A stretch of 63,534 bases of DNA, filler included. It is 6 parts of 6 records of this genome, joined end to end, with 100 filler letters (N's around TTAATTAATTAA, not from the genome) between each part and the next. Parts side by side here need not be neighbours in the genome. Positions count along the whole stretch, not along the records: positions 12,130 to 29,620 come from SRR2962707_484; positions 29,721 to 40,397 come from SRR2962707_487; 4 more parts are not named here. The stretch is one strand, 5' to 3'. Positions 22,566-33,705 of the stretch are shown here, piece after piece. Each line of letters opens with the position of its first letter. Position 1 is the first letter of the stretch. The translations under genes and the position numbers were made by a program. A model generated the notes under the pieces. The model did not search any database, had not been told where the DNA came from, and saw only the letters and a list, made by a program, of their open reading frames with translations.

Positions 22566-23138
22566 ATGACTGAACCTGTTGCATCACCGGCCTCGCCATA
22601 TTTCATCGTTCAAGATGATACGCCGCCGGAAAGCCATACATTGTCGGTTTTGGTTGACAATGAGCCGGGCGTTCTGGCCCGCGTAATTGGTCTATTTTCA
22701 GGCCGTGGCTACAATATCGAAAGCCTGACGGTCACTGAAACCGAACATGCCAAACATCTGTCGCGCATTACGATTGTCACGCGCGGCACACCTTCAACCC
22801 TTGATCAGATCAAACATCAGCTAGAACGCATTGTGCCTGTTCACACGGTGACAGACTTGACTGTCGTTGCGCGCAATATCGGTTATGAAAAGCCGTTGGA
22901 GCGTGAATTGGCGATGCTTAAAGTTGTGGCTGCTGGTGATAACCGTCTTGAGGCGCTGCGCCTTGCTGATGCGTTTAAAGCCAATGTCATTGATGCGGAT
23001 ATTGGTCATTTCATTTTTGAAGTGACGGGCCGTACATCAAAAATCGAGCAGTTCATTGCTATTATGGCACCGCTTGGTTTGGTGGATGTTTGTCGCACTG
23101 GCGTTGCTGCAATGGCGCGTGGCGCAGAAGTAAACTAA
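22566..23138 (+). CDS. ilvH: Acetolactate synthase small subunit
   Basis: ACT domain LSVLVDNEPGVLARVIGLFSGRGYNIESL. Confidence 0.96.
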   Translation: MTEPVASPASPYFIVQDDTPPESHTLSVLVDNEPGVLARVIGLFSGRGYNIESLTVTETEHAKHLSRITIVTRGTPSTLDQIKHQLERIVPVHTVTDLTVVARNIGYEKPLERELAMLKVVAAGDNRLEALRLADAFKANVIDADIGHFIFEVTGRTSKIEQFIAIMAPLGLVDVCRTGVAAMARGAEVN

Positions 23139-23184
23139 CACGCAATAGAAGTGGGTAGTTTTAACCAATGGTCGGGATGCAGCG

Positions 23185-24084
23185 ATGAAATACACTTTAT
23201 TGCTTAACGCCAAAGGCGGCACTGTCAAAAAGATGGGGCCGCAGATCATTGAAGATCAATTTGTCTCCGCCTTTGAAGCGGCGGGGCATGAAGTTGTTAT
23301 TCATCGTTTTGAATCGGGCGATTTAATCAAGACAATCGAAGAATGTGCCGCTTCTTCGACAGATGCTATAGTCATGTGTGGCGGCGATGGCTCTATGTCT
23401 GCTGCCGCTTCTGTTCTGGCCAATAAGGACGTCGTGTTTGGTGTTTTGCCCGGTGGCACGATGAACCTTTATGCACGCACGCTGGGTATGCCCCTTGAAA
23501 TTGGCGCAGCGATTAATGCGCTTGCGCAGGCCGAAACGCGCAAGGCTGATGTGGGCCGCGCCAATGGCCGGATTTTTATCCATCAGTTTGCGACCGGCTT
23601 CCAAACCAAGACAGTGCGCCTGCGCGATAAGATGGAATATGGCTCTAAGTTTTCCAAAATGATGGCGAGCGTGAAATCGATTTTGAGCGTTGCGGCGAAT
23701 CCGCCGATCTATTCGCTCAAGGTAAGCATTGATGGCGGCGAATTTCAGCGGATTAAAACATCGCTCGTTGCGGTGACGAATAATATCTTTCCGATGGTGC
23801 ATATGCCTTATGCCGATGAAATTGATGGCGGGGTTTTGGGATTTGTGCGCACGCAGCCTTTCACGCGGACGACCGCCATGCGCATTGTGCGCGAAAACAT
23901 TTTGGGCGGCGAGCAGGATAATGAGTTTTTAACGACGGCGGAGGCGACAAGGGTTACGCTGGAGTTTCCCAAGCTTAGAAAGCGCGATCAGGCGGTTGTT
24001 GACGGCGAATTGATACCGTTGGAAAAGACTGTCGAGATCGAAATCGTGCCCAAAGCACTAAACGTGCTTGTGCCAAAGCGCTAA
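23185..24084 (+). CDS. Diacylglycerol kinase-family (YegS/DgkB-like) lipid kinase
   Basis: LLNAKGG, GGDGSM, LPGGTMNLYAR, VDGE motifs. Confidence 0.85.
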   Translation: MKYTLLLNAKGGTVKKMGPQIIEDQFVSAFEAAGHEVVIHRFESGDLIKTIEECAASSTDAIVMCGGDGSMSAAASVLANKDVVFGVLPGGTMNLYARTLGMPLEIGAAINALAQAETRKADVGRANGRIFIHQFATGFQTKTVRLRDKMEYGSKFSKMMASVKSILSVAANPPIYSLKVSIDGGEFQRIKTSLVAVTNNIFPMVHMPYADEIDGGVLGFVRTQPFTRTTAMRIVRENILGGEQDNEFLTTAEATRVTLEFPKLRKRDQAVVDGELIPLEKTVEIEIVPKALNVLVPKR

Positions 24085-24154
24085 TTACCACAATCATTGG
24101 CTCAACGTGCGATTTCGCATTTGCCTGCGCGTGCGAATCCTCTAGTCATTGCGC

Positions 24155-25282
24155 ATGAAATTTTCACCACAACAAGATGATGCGCTCAGCGCTGTGGCTG
24201 CTTGGCTCAAGCGCAATGATAGCCAAGTATTCCGCCTGTTTGGCTATGCCGGTACGGGTAAGACGACGCTTGCGCGCCATTTTGCTGAAGGTGTAGACGG
24301 CGATGTGCAATTTGCTGCGTTTACCGGCAAGGCGGCGCAGGTGATGCGCGCCAAAGGAGCCTCAAACGCCAAGACAATCCATTCGCTGATTTATCGCCCG
24401 CGCGGTGAAGAAGAGCGCGAAGATATTATCACTGGTAAAATGGGCATGGCGCCAGCTTTTGCGCTTAATCGCTCGTCGGATATCGCCAAGGCGAAATTGG
24501 TTATCGTCGACGAATGCTCCATGGTCGATGAAGATTTGGGCCGCGATTTGCTAAGCTTTGGCACGCCGGTTTTGGTGCTTGGTGATCCGGGCCAGTTGCC
24601 GCCAATTTCTGGCGGCGGTTTTTTTACCGAAGCAGAGCCAGATTTTCTTTTAACTGAAATTCATCGACAGGCCGCTGAAAATCCAATTATTCGCCTCGCG
24701 ATGGATGTGCGCAATGGCGCTGAACTGATGCACGGCGATTATGGCACGGCGCAGATTATCTCGAAGGCACAGGTCGATACGGATGCCGTTTTGGCTGCTG
24801 ATCAGGTGTTGCTGGGCATTAACCGCACACGGCGGCGCTATAATCAGCGTTTGCGTGATCTCAAAGGCTTTTCAGCGCAATATCCACAAGCAGGCGATAA
24901 AATGGTTTGCCTGCGCAATGATCCGGTAAAAGGATTGTTGAACGGTTCCTTGTGGAAGGTGATGACGTCATCGAAAGAGACGACAAAGCCCGGGATTAAT
25001 CTGCTGGTTACGCCCGATGATGGCGACAATGATCGCGGCGCTGCGAAAATTAAATTGCTCAAAGCGGCGTTTGATGCGCCCGATGATGATATTCCTTGGC
25101 AGCTTAAAAAGCGTTTTGATGATTTTGATTATGGCTATGCGCTGACGGTACACAAAGCGCAGGGTTCACAATGGGACAATGTGGTGCTGTTTGATGAGAG
25201 CTATGCGTTTCGCGATATGCGTGACCGCTGGCTTTATACGGCAATCACCCGCGCGGCTGAAACAATTACCATTGTAAAATAG
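24155..25282 (+). CDS. RecD-like SF1 ATP-dependent DNA helicase
   Basis: GYAGTGKTT, FTGKAA, IVDECSMV, LGDPGQLPP, YALTVHKAQGSQW, LYTAITRA. Confidence 0.92.
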   Translation: MKFSPQQDDALSAVAAWLKRNDSQVFRLFGYAGTGKTTLARHFAEGVDGDVQFAAFTGKAAQVMRAKGASNAKTIHSLIYRPRGEEEREDIITGKMGMAPAFALNRSSDIAKAKLVIVDECSMVDEDLGRDLLSFGTPVLVLGDPGQLPPISGGGFFTEAEPDFLLTEIHRQAAENPIIRLAMDVRNGAELMHGDYGTAQIISKAQVDTDAVLAADQVLLGINRTRRRYNQRLRDLKGFSAQYPQAGDKMVCLRNDPVKGLLNGSLWKVMTSSKETTKPGINLLVTPDDGDNDRGAAKIKLLKAAFDAPDDDIPWQLKKRFDDFDYGYALTVHKAQGSQWDNVVLFDESYAFRDMRDRWLYTAITRAAETITIVK

Positions 25283-25289
25283 CGTTCGC

Positions 25290-26162
25290 CTAAACCACGA
25301 TCTCAAACAAAATCGCCGTTGCATCATCGCTTTGTTTTAGGCGTGGATGTATTTTGCCGTCCGGATCGATTGTTGTTTCAATGTGGCGAAGCTTTTCGCC
25401 GATATGGGTAAGGCCCTGTTCTTTGGCGACATCTATGAGCTCTTCAGGATCCCAAACGCCATAATTTTCAACAATGGCGGCAAATCCGTCGGTTGCCAAA
25501 AGGCCGACAACGCTTTTCTTAATGTCTAGCTTGGATGAATAGAGGTGTTCGGCAGCTTTAGGCGCTGCCCCTAAGGTCCAAATATCACTGCCTTTTTGAT
25601 TGTAGCTAGCGCGCAATTTGCGCTCTTTTTTCAAAAGCTTTTCATCGGACAGCAGTGAGCGATTTTCATTAAACCCATCGCTGCGCTTACGTGCCTTTCT
25701 GGCCAGCATTAATTCATGCTCTTTACCGCCCGGCATAGCGGTGTAAACGCTGACAATACCATCGGTGCTTGGCCAGTAGAGCGTGCAATCGCCCAGACCG
25801 TAGGTCATGAGCTTATCGTCTTCTAAGCGCACCATTTGAAAACCAGCGACGGGTAGGTTCCAATCTGGAATCTTCTGTTCTTCGGCAGCAAAGGAAATAA
25901 TCCGACGGGCCAATTCATTGGTTTTCTTGACGGTTTTTTTGACGGAGATGCCCGGCTTCAGCATTTCTTCAAAATGCGTTTTGGCGAAAGTCGCAAGCCA
26001 AGCAGCATCGCTGTCTGGGGGAGAAACAACAAAATTTTCGCCAAGGCCCGTTGCGCCATCAATCACAAAAATGGCATCGGCGGACCGGCCAAACTGGTCT
26101 TCATTGGCTTTATGGGGAGAGCCGGGCAGGGTGATCGAATCGAGAATATGAATAATAGCCAT
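25290..26162 (-). CDS. PP2C-like (PPM) phosphatase-domain protein
   Basis: NEDQFG, VIDGATG, GLGDC, LATDGF, SDDATA motifs. Confidence 0.8.
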   Translation of the reverse strand: MAIIHILDSITLPGSPHKANEDQFGRSADAIFVIDGATGLGENFVVSPPDSDAAWLATFAKTHFEEMLKPGISVKKTVKKTNELARRIISFAAEEQKIPDWNLPVAGFQMVRLEDDKLMTYGLGDCTLYWPSTDGIVSVYTAMPGGKEHELMLARKARKRSDGFNENRSLLSDEKLLKKERKLRASYNQKGSDIWTLGAAPKAAEHLYSSKLDIKKSVVGLLATDGFAAIVENYGVWDPEELIDVAKEQGLTHIGEKLRHIETTIDPDGKIHPRLKQSDDATAILFEIVV

Positions 26163-26296
26163 GATTGCCCCCTATAGTTTGCCCGCGCCTTATCTACATC
26201 ACAGAATGATGAAATTTTAGGGCGAAACTATGATGTCTAACCTAGTAAGTGCCACCATAGCGTAATATTAAGCACCTATTGTGAAGGAGTTAGGTT

Positions 26297-27046
26297 ATGG
26301 GCGTGAAACTGTCTGTGAATGTGAATGCGGTGGCTTTGCTGCGCAATCGGCGTGATCTGCCTTGGCCTGATCTCATTGGCTTGTCGCGCATTGCGCTTGA
26401 AGCAGGCGCGCACGGCATAACGGTTCATCCAAGGCCCGACCAACGCCATGTTCGCTTTTCTGATCTGGCGCCTTTGCGTGCGCTGATTGATGATGAGTTT
26501 CCCCATGCTGAATTTAACATTGAAGGCTATCCAAGCGATGATTTTCTAGAGCTTGTTGCCCTGCATGAGCCAGAGCAAGTGACATTGGTGCCTGATGATC
26601 CCGCGCAAGCAACATCGGACCATGGCTGGGATTTTGCGGGTAAGGGCAATTACCTTTATGAGCGTGTGTCGCGCCTCAAAGACAAGGGCTACCGCGTTTC
26701 GCTGTTTTGTGATCCTGATGCGTCAAAAGAGATGATTGAACAGGCAAAAGCCACCGGCGCTGACCGTGTGGAACTTTATACCGGTCCTTATGGCGGAACA
26801 TTTGATGATGCCGCCGATGCGCAGGCACAGATTGATTTGCTGGGACGCACTGCGGACTTTGCTTTGAGTGTTGGCATGGGCGTTAATGCAGGGCATGATT
26901 TGACCGTGTCTAATCTGCCGCCTTTGGTTGGCCGCATACCGCAATTGGCGGAAGTGTCGATTGGCCATGGCTTGACTGCCGATGCGCTCGAATTTGGTTA
27001 TGGCGGCGCGGTAAAACGGTTTTTGGCGGCGTGTGAAGCGGTTTAA
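26297..27046 (+). CDS. pdxJ: Pyridoxine 5'-phosphate synthase
   Basis: [43 protein letters not shown]. Confidence 0.95.
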   Translation: MGVKLSVNVNAVALLRNRRDLPWPDLIGLSRIALEAGAHGITVHPRPDQRHVRFSDLAPLRALIDDEFPHAEFNIEGYPSDDFLELVALHEPEQVTLVPDDPAQATSDHGWDFAGKGNYLYERVSRLKDKGYRVSLFCDPDASKEMIEQAKATGADRVELYTGPYGGTFDDAADAQAQIDLLGRTADFALSVGMGVNAGHDLTVSNLPPLVGRIPQLAEVSIGHGLTADALEFGYGGAVKRFLAACEAV

Positions 27047-27091
27047 GCGCGGGCTTAGCCACGCGATACGATTTAATAAATAAGGGTTTCT

Positions 27092-28117
27092 ATGACTGAT
27101 CTTGCGACAAAACTCATCGATAAATTGCCAAAGGCAGAGCTGCATCTGCATATTGAGGGCACGTTAGAGCCAGAAATGATGCTGGCGCTGGCCAAACGCA
27201 ATAATATTTCAATGCCCTATGCGAGCGTTGAAGATGTGCGCAAAGCCTATGAGTTTGATGATCTGCAGAGTTTTCTTGATCTTTATTATCTGGGCATGTC
27301 TGTGCTTATCCATACGCAAGACTTCTACGATCTGACGATGGCTTATCTGGAAAAAGTCAAAGCCGATGGCGCGACGCATGTGGAGATTTTCTTTGATCCG
27401 CAGGCGCATACGGATCGCGGTGTCTCGTTTGACACGGTGATTGAGGGCATTACCTCAGCGCTTGAAACCGCGCGCAAAGAGATGGGCATTTCGTCGAAAT
27501 TGATCATGTGTTTTTTGCGCCATTTGGACGAGGAGCAGGCCTTTGGTGCGCTTAAATCTGCGTGCCAATGCAAAGAACATATTCATGCCGTCGGCTTGGA
27601 TTCAGGCGAGCAAGGCAATCCACCGGAGAAGTTTTCGCGGGTCTTTAAAGCTGCGCGTGATGAGGGTTTTATCGCCGTGGCCCATGCGGGCGAGGAGGGG
27701 CCAGCGGAATATGTGGCGACCGCGCTTGATGATTTAAAAGTATCGCGTGTCGATCACGGCAACCATGCGTTTGATAATCCGCTTTTGATTAAGCGTTTGG
27801 CGCGTGAACAAACACCGCTCACCATGTGCCCGATTTCCAATTTGCGCCTTAAGGGTATTCCCAATTTGAGCGCTTCGCCGGTTAAAAAGGCGCTGGATGC
27901 GGGCTTAATGGTGACGGTTAATTCGGACGATCCATCCTATTTTGGTGGTTATCTCAATGATAATTACCGCGCTGTGCATAGCGCACTTGGCCTTAACGAA
28001 AATGAGCTCATCACGCTGGCGAAAAACTCATTTGCCTCTTCGTTTTTGAGCGATAGCGAAAAACAGGCACAGATTGATAAGATTGATGCCGTTGTGGATG
28101 ATGTAAAGCGCGGCTGA
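27092..28117 (+). CDS. add: Adenosine/adenine deaminase
   Basis: LPKAELHLHIEGTLEPE, AHAGEE, RVDHG, CPISN, VNSDDPSYF. Confidence 0.9.
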   Translation: MTDLATKLIDKLPKAELHLHIEGTLEPEMMLALAKRNNISMPYASVEDVRKAYEFDDLQSFLDLYYLGMSVLIHTQDFYDLTMAYLEKVKADGATHVEIFFDPQAHTDRGVSFDTVIEGITSALETARKEMGISSKLIMCFLRHLDEEQAFGALKSACQCKEHIHAVGLDSGEQGNPPEKFSRVFKAARDEGFIAVAHAGEEGPAEYVATALDDLKVSRVDHGNHAFDNPLLIKRLAREQTPLTMCPISNLRLKGIPNLSASPVKKALDAGLMVTVNSDDPSYFGGYLNDNYRAVHSALGLNENELITLAKNSFASSFLSDSEKQAQIDKIDAVVDDVKRG

Positions 28118-28163
28118 ATTTTCGCCGAAAATTAATTCAGTCCATGCATTTTCTCACTTGACT

Positions 28164-28186
28164 ATGTACCGTACGGTACGGTACAT
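28164..28186. promoter_or_regulatory. Perfect palindromic operator, probably the TetR autoregulatory site
   Basis: ATGTACCGTAC-G-GTACGGTACAT immediately after TTGACT (28158-28163), 9 nt before the tetR ATG. Confidence 0.75.
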
Positions 28187-28195
28187 GATCGCATC

Positions 28196-29620
<1,425 letters not shown>

Positions 29621-29720
29621 NNNNNNNNNNNNNNNNNNNNNNNNNNNNNNNNNNNNNNNNNNNNTTAATTAATTAANNNNNNNNNNNNNNNNNNNNNNNN
29701 NNNNNNNNNNNNNNNNNNNN
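29621..29720. other. Artificial contig-joining spacer
   Basis: N run with TTAATTAATTAA. Confidence 0.98.
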
Positions 29721-29750
29721 CTGTCTGTCTCTGTCTCTGTCTCTGTCTCT
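29721..29750. repeat. (CTGTCT)n microsatellite at contig start
   Basis: ctgtctgtctctgtctctgtctctgtctct. Confidence 0.8.
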
Positions 29751-32700
29751 ATGCCGCAGCGTCGCAGGCACGTCGCTTCAGCAGCCGCTGAGGAAGACCC
29801 GCTGCTGCTGCCTCGTTCCAACAGGCGCAGCAGCAACAACAACAGCAGCGGCGGCAGCAACGCAGCTGTCCGCTACTCCAGCGACGAGACCTACAGCGAC
29901 GTGGACAACGACCACGACCACGACAGCCACTCAGCAGCTGCAGCAGCTGCAGCTGCAGCTGCTGCAGAAACTTCGGCGACTCTCGACGCTGAGCTGTTGC
30001 TGCCGCTGGGGCAGAGGCCTTCGCGGAGGCATCGGCGCAGGCGCTACGGGCGCCAGGCGCCGGGAGAGGGCGCGGTGGCCAACTTCCTCGACTCGATCCC
30101 GGCTGCCACGCTGAATCGAATCGCTAAGTACAGCATGATGGCGCTCGTGGCGTACGCGGCGCTCGTGCTCGTGTTCGGGTCCGGGGCGCTGGACGAAGTC
30201 ATTCCGGACGGCGGTGGCGGCAGCGACGGCGCCGCCTTCCGCGAGGAGGTGATCGTCGACGCGGATGCCGACGCCCTCCTCGAGAGCGATGCGGAGCTCG
30301 ACGGCGTCATCGTCCTGGCGGAGGACGATTCGGATGACGAGGTGGGCGCCGGTCAAGGGGCAAGCGACGGCGGCGCGTCGAACCGCTTCGCGAGGCTCGC
30401 AGCAGGTGCGTTGCCGCACGATGAAGGCTTTGCACCAGCGCCGGCGTACCTCGCTCGGGAAGCCAGCCCGAGCGACAAGTTGCCGTCGCCGTCGCCGACG
30501 CCGTCGCCAGGGCTTGCGCAGCGCGCTGATGCCGCAGGTGCGGACTTGGCAAGCTCGCAGGGTGGGGCAAAAAAGCCGGAGGCTTTTGCACCAGTCATTG
30601 CGCGCGGCTCTGAGCACCGCCACGGGACGACGGGCGAAAAGTTCCGGGCGATGCAGCCTGGCGTCATCGTGCGTGGACGTGACCCAGCCATTCAACCCTG
30701 GGGCGTGGACGCCAACCACTTGCATGGCGTGGTTGGCGTGGACATGGAAACAGGGAAGCCGGTGTTCGAACCATTGCCGCCGAAAGACTGGTACGCAAAA
30801 AGGCTGGCAGCATGTGCTCGGAGCACATGGACCACGTTTGGTATTGCGATCGCGTCCTTGATTGTTTTCAACGTTTTGTCTCTGGAACAGGTCCAAAGAA
30901 ACCTTTGAAGAAAAACGCATTGCGCACACGCACACCTGTTTCAACCTTCGCCACAGTGATTCACTGCCCCTTGACCGAGCTGTGCCAGACTCGCGGCATA
31001 AATCGTGCCTTGCAAAGCACAAATCCCCAGAGTACGTCTCGTGTGTGGCAAAGTGGTCACTTTATCAATGTGCTTGGCAACGTGCAACCATAGGTGACCT
31101 CCACGCATTGTGGCGTGGCTGGTTTGCTAGGTATCAAAAACTCCCGGACACGTCTGTGATTTTCATTTTCTACAATGAACCCATCAGCCCGCTGATGCGC
31201 TCGATCCACTCTGTCTTGCATCGCACACCGCCGGAACTGCTTAAGGAGATTATCCTAATCGATGATGGCAGTGATGCCGAGTGGATGGGAGCGGAACTCG
31301 AGCGTCACGTCCGGACTCTGCCCAAGGTAGGGAAGCGCCACGCGGGCCAGGCTTCATACACGCGTGCGCAAAAATGTTAACGCGGCATGCTTGGCTTGGC
31401 GCGTACTGGACAGGTAATCCTCAAGCGCATTCAGCGAAGCGGCTTGATGGTCGCAAGAACGGAGGGCGCTCTTCTTGCAACAGGTCAAACGCTGACCTTC
31501 CTGGATAGCCACATTGAGTGCAACGTTGGCTGGGCTGAGCCGCTGCTAGCACGAATAAAAGAGGATCGCAAGCATGTGGTCATGCCCATCATCGACTCCA
31601 TCGACGCAGACTCGTTTGTGTAAGAAATGCATTTTCAATGGTGACAATTGCTACCGCGTCGGACAGGTTGTTCGTCACGTCAGCAACCGTTCTTGCTTGC
31701 TTTCACGCAAACAAGGTATCACGGTGGTGGCGTAAAACTTCTTGGCTTCACGTGGACTCTTGGCCAAGATCATAGCATCAATACCAAACGCCCATTCGAT
31801 CCCGTGAACCCCAACCCGTCGCCGGTCATGGCTGGCGGTCTTTTCAGTACGCAGTTACACAAGTTCAATTGGTTGGTTGTGCAGTTCATGTGGTGTGCGT
31901 CTTCTCCGGCACGTCTCAAAGCGGCGTTGATGCTGCTTCACGCACAGGTATGGACCGTCAAGCGTTTTATGACCTGGGAACCTATGATCAAGAAATGCGC
32001 TTATACGGTGGCGAGGAAATGGAAATCGGTTGGTGGGCGATTCATTTTTCTTTTTACAAGTGTTGAGTGCATGCACCTGGTTGAAAGGGTCGCTCGCCGC
32101 TGAAAATACGTGTGGTTTCAGGTTTCCGGATTTGGCAGTGTGGCTACACTCTTGAATGCGTTCCATGCTCGCGCGTGGGTCACATCTTCCGCACGGGCAA
32201 GTACTGGAAAGGGCAAGTGTATCCAGTTCCATACGATGACATCACGCGAAATAAATTGAGGGCGGCGACAGTGTGGATGGATGAATACGCAGACATCGTG
32301 GTGAAAGCGTCAGCGACACTCCCTGAGGTATTTTACCGCGCCCGGTTATCAATAGGCACCACGGGCGTTCGATTTTGATTGTTGGTCTGACCTTGGCTTG
32401 CATTGGTTTGGAACTAGGATAATCCAATTGGAGACATTTCTGCACGAAAAGCCATCCGGGATACATGCCTGGATGGTGGACCATCGCGCCCATTCAAATG
32501 GGTGCTTGACAATATTTATCCCGAACTGTTTGTGCCATTGCCACAGTACGTGCTGGAGTTTGTGGAGCCACCCCGTCTCGTTTTGGCAGTGACGTCCTGG
32601 CACAATGACCTTTGGCTTGCTTAACCGCCACCATATTCTTGCACACGGGATGAAGGTACTTATACTTCAGGGGCGCTATGCAAAATGCTGACGAGAGGTT

Positions 32701-33595
32701 CTCCCGTTGTGTAGATTCCGGTGTTCACAAACTGAAGGGGACCGTGATTGGGACATATTGTGCGTCGCTCCGTGTCAATGATGCGCAGTTTGCTTCGCAC
32801 CCTCACAGTTTTTCTGTTCCGACTGTTCCGAGTTTGATGTATTTGCTTTTGTGTGGGTGAAGATTGCCACGGATTGAAGGGCACCCAGGACTTTTTGATG
32901 ACAAAGCCACGCTCCGTCAAACATGGAGGCACGTTTGCAAGCGCCCTTGTCGTCCCTCCAATCCTGAGCTTGTTCCAACGGCCTGCCTGCCATCTGACTG
33001 GGCGGGATCTTTTGTGCCGTGGTTTACTCAGACACGGAAAACAACAAATTCGAGATTCGCTTCGGTACCGATAATTCCATGTGCTTCGACGCTTCAAAAG
33101 GCCATCAAGAAGGCAGTGGTGTCACACAGGAGGAATGCCATGGTACGGTTGCCTAGCAGTGGGTGTGCGTTGAGCTTGCACAAGCCGAGTGCAAGCAGTA
33201 AATGGTGTTTTTGTGGTCGTGGTTTTGCCGTAGGTCAACAAGGCAACCAGGCTTGGTTTTGGGTGCCAGTTGATCCAGACGGCGATGAGGACGTGCTTGG
33301 CGCTGCCAAAAAGCAGCTCGTCTTTGACCCAACTGGATTTGTTCACGGTTACGCCACCACTGCGCAGTTTGAGTACGTGACATGGCCTTGGCAACGAATG
33401 AGCAACTTTGCTTGTCCCTGATTATTCTCAATCACGGCAATCGAACGATCAATTAATTTCAGGTACAACAAGCTGGGATGGATAATGAATGATCAGCAAA
33501 AATGCTTGGCGCCGTCAAAAACAACAGGTGACCTTGAGTTGCGGCGGTGTGATCGCAACGATGCTGGCACAACCTGGCGATGGGCAGAAAACTAG
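29751..33595 (+). CDS. Polypeptide N-acetylgalactosaminyltransferase (GT27) with C-terminal ricin-B lectin; 13 exons
   Basis: Type II TM anchor; [39 protein letters not shown] (DxH), MAGGLF, YGGEEME, CSRVGH; ricin CHGLKGTQ and [10 protein letters not shown]. In-frame introns at 30791-30890, 31032-31130, 31327-31413, 31620-31715, 31847-31947, 32029-32121, 32328-32417, 32546-32655, 32760-32862, 32929-33031 (GC-AG), 33143-33233, 33373-33462. Confidence 0.88.
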
Positions 33596-33705
33596 GTTTT
33601 CTCCAGCGGGGTGCCAACCGTCCACGACGGAGGCATTTGAGCAGGGCTGGAATTGAAACCATTTATTTTTAGTTTTGCGTCTTTTAGCAACCTTCGATTT
33701 CTCTC

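Noticed and set aside
24155..26162. RecD-like helicase plus PP2C as a defence module
   Set aside because: Convergent genes, no kinase/vWA or nuclease partners, housekeeping surroundings
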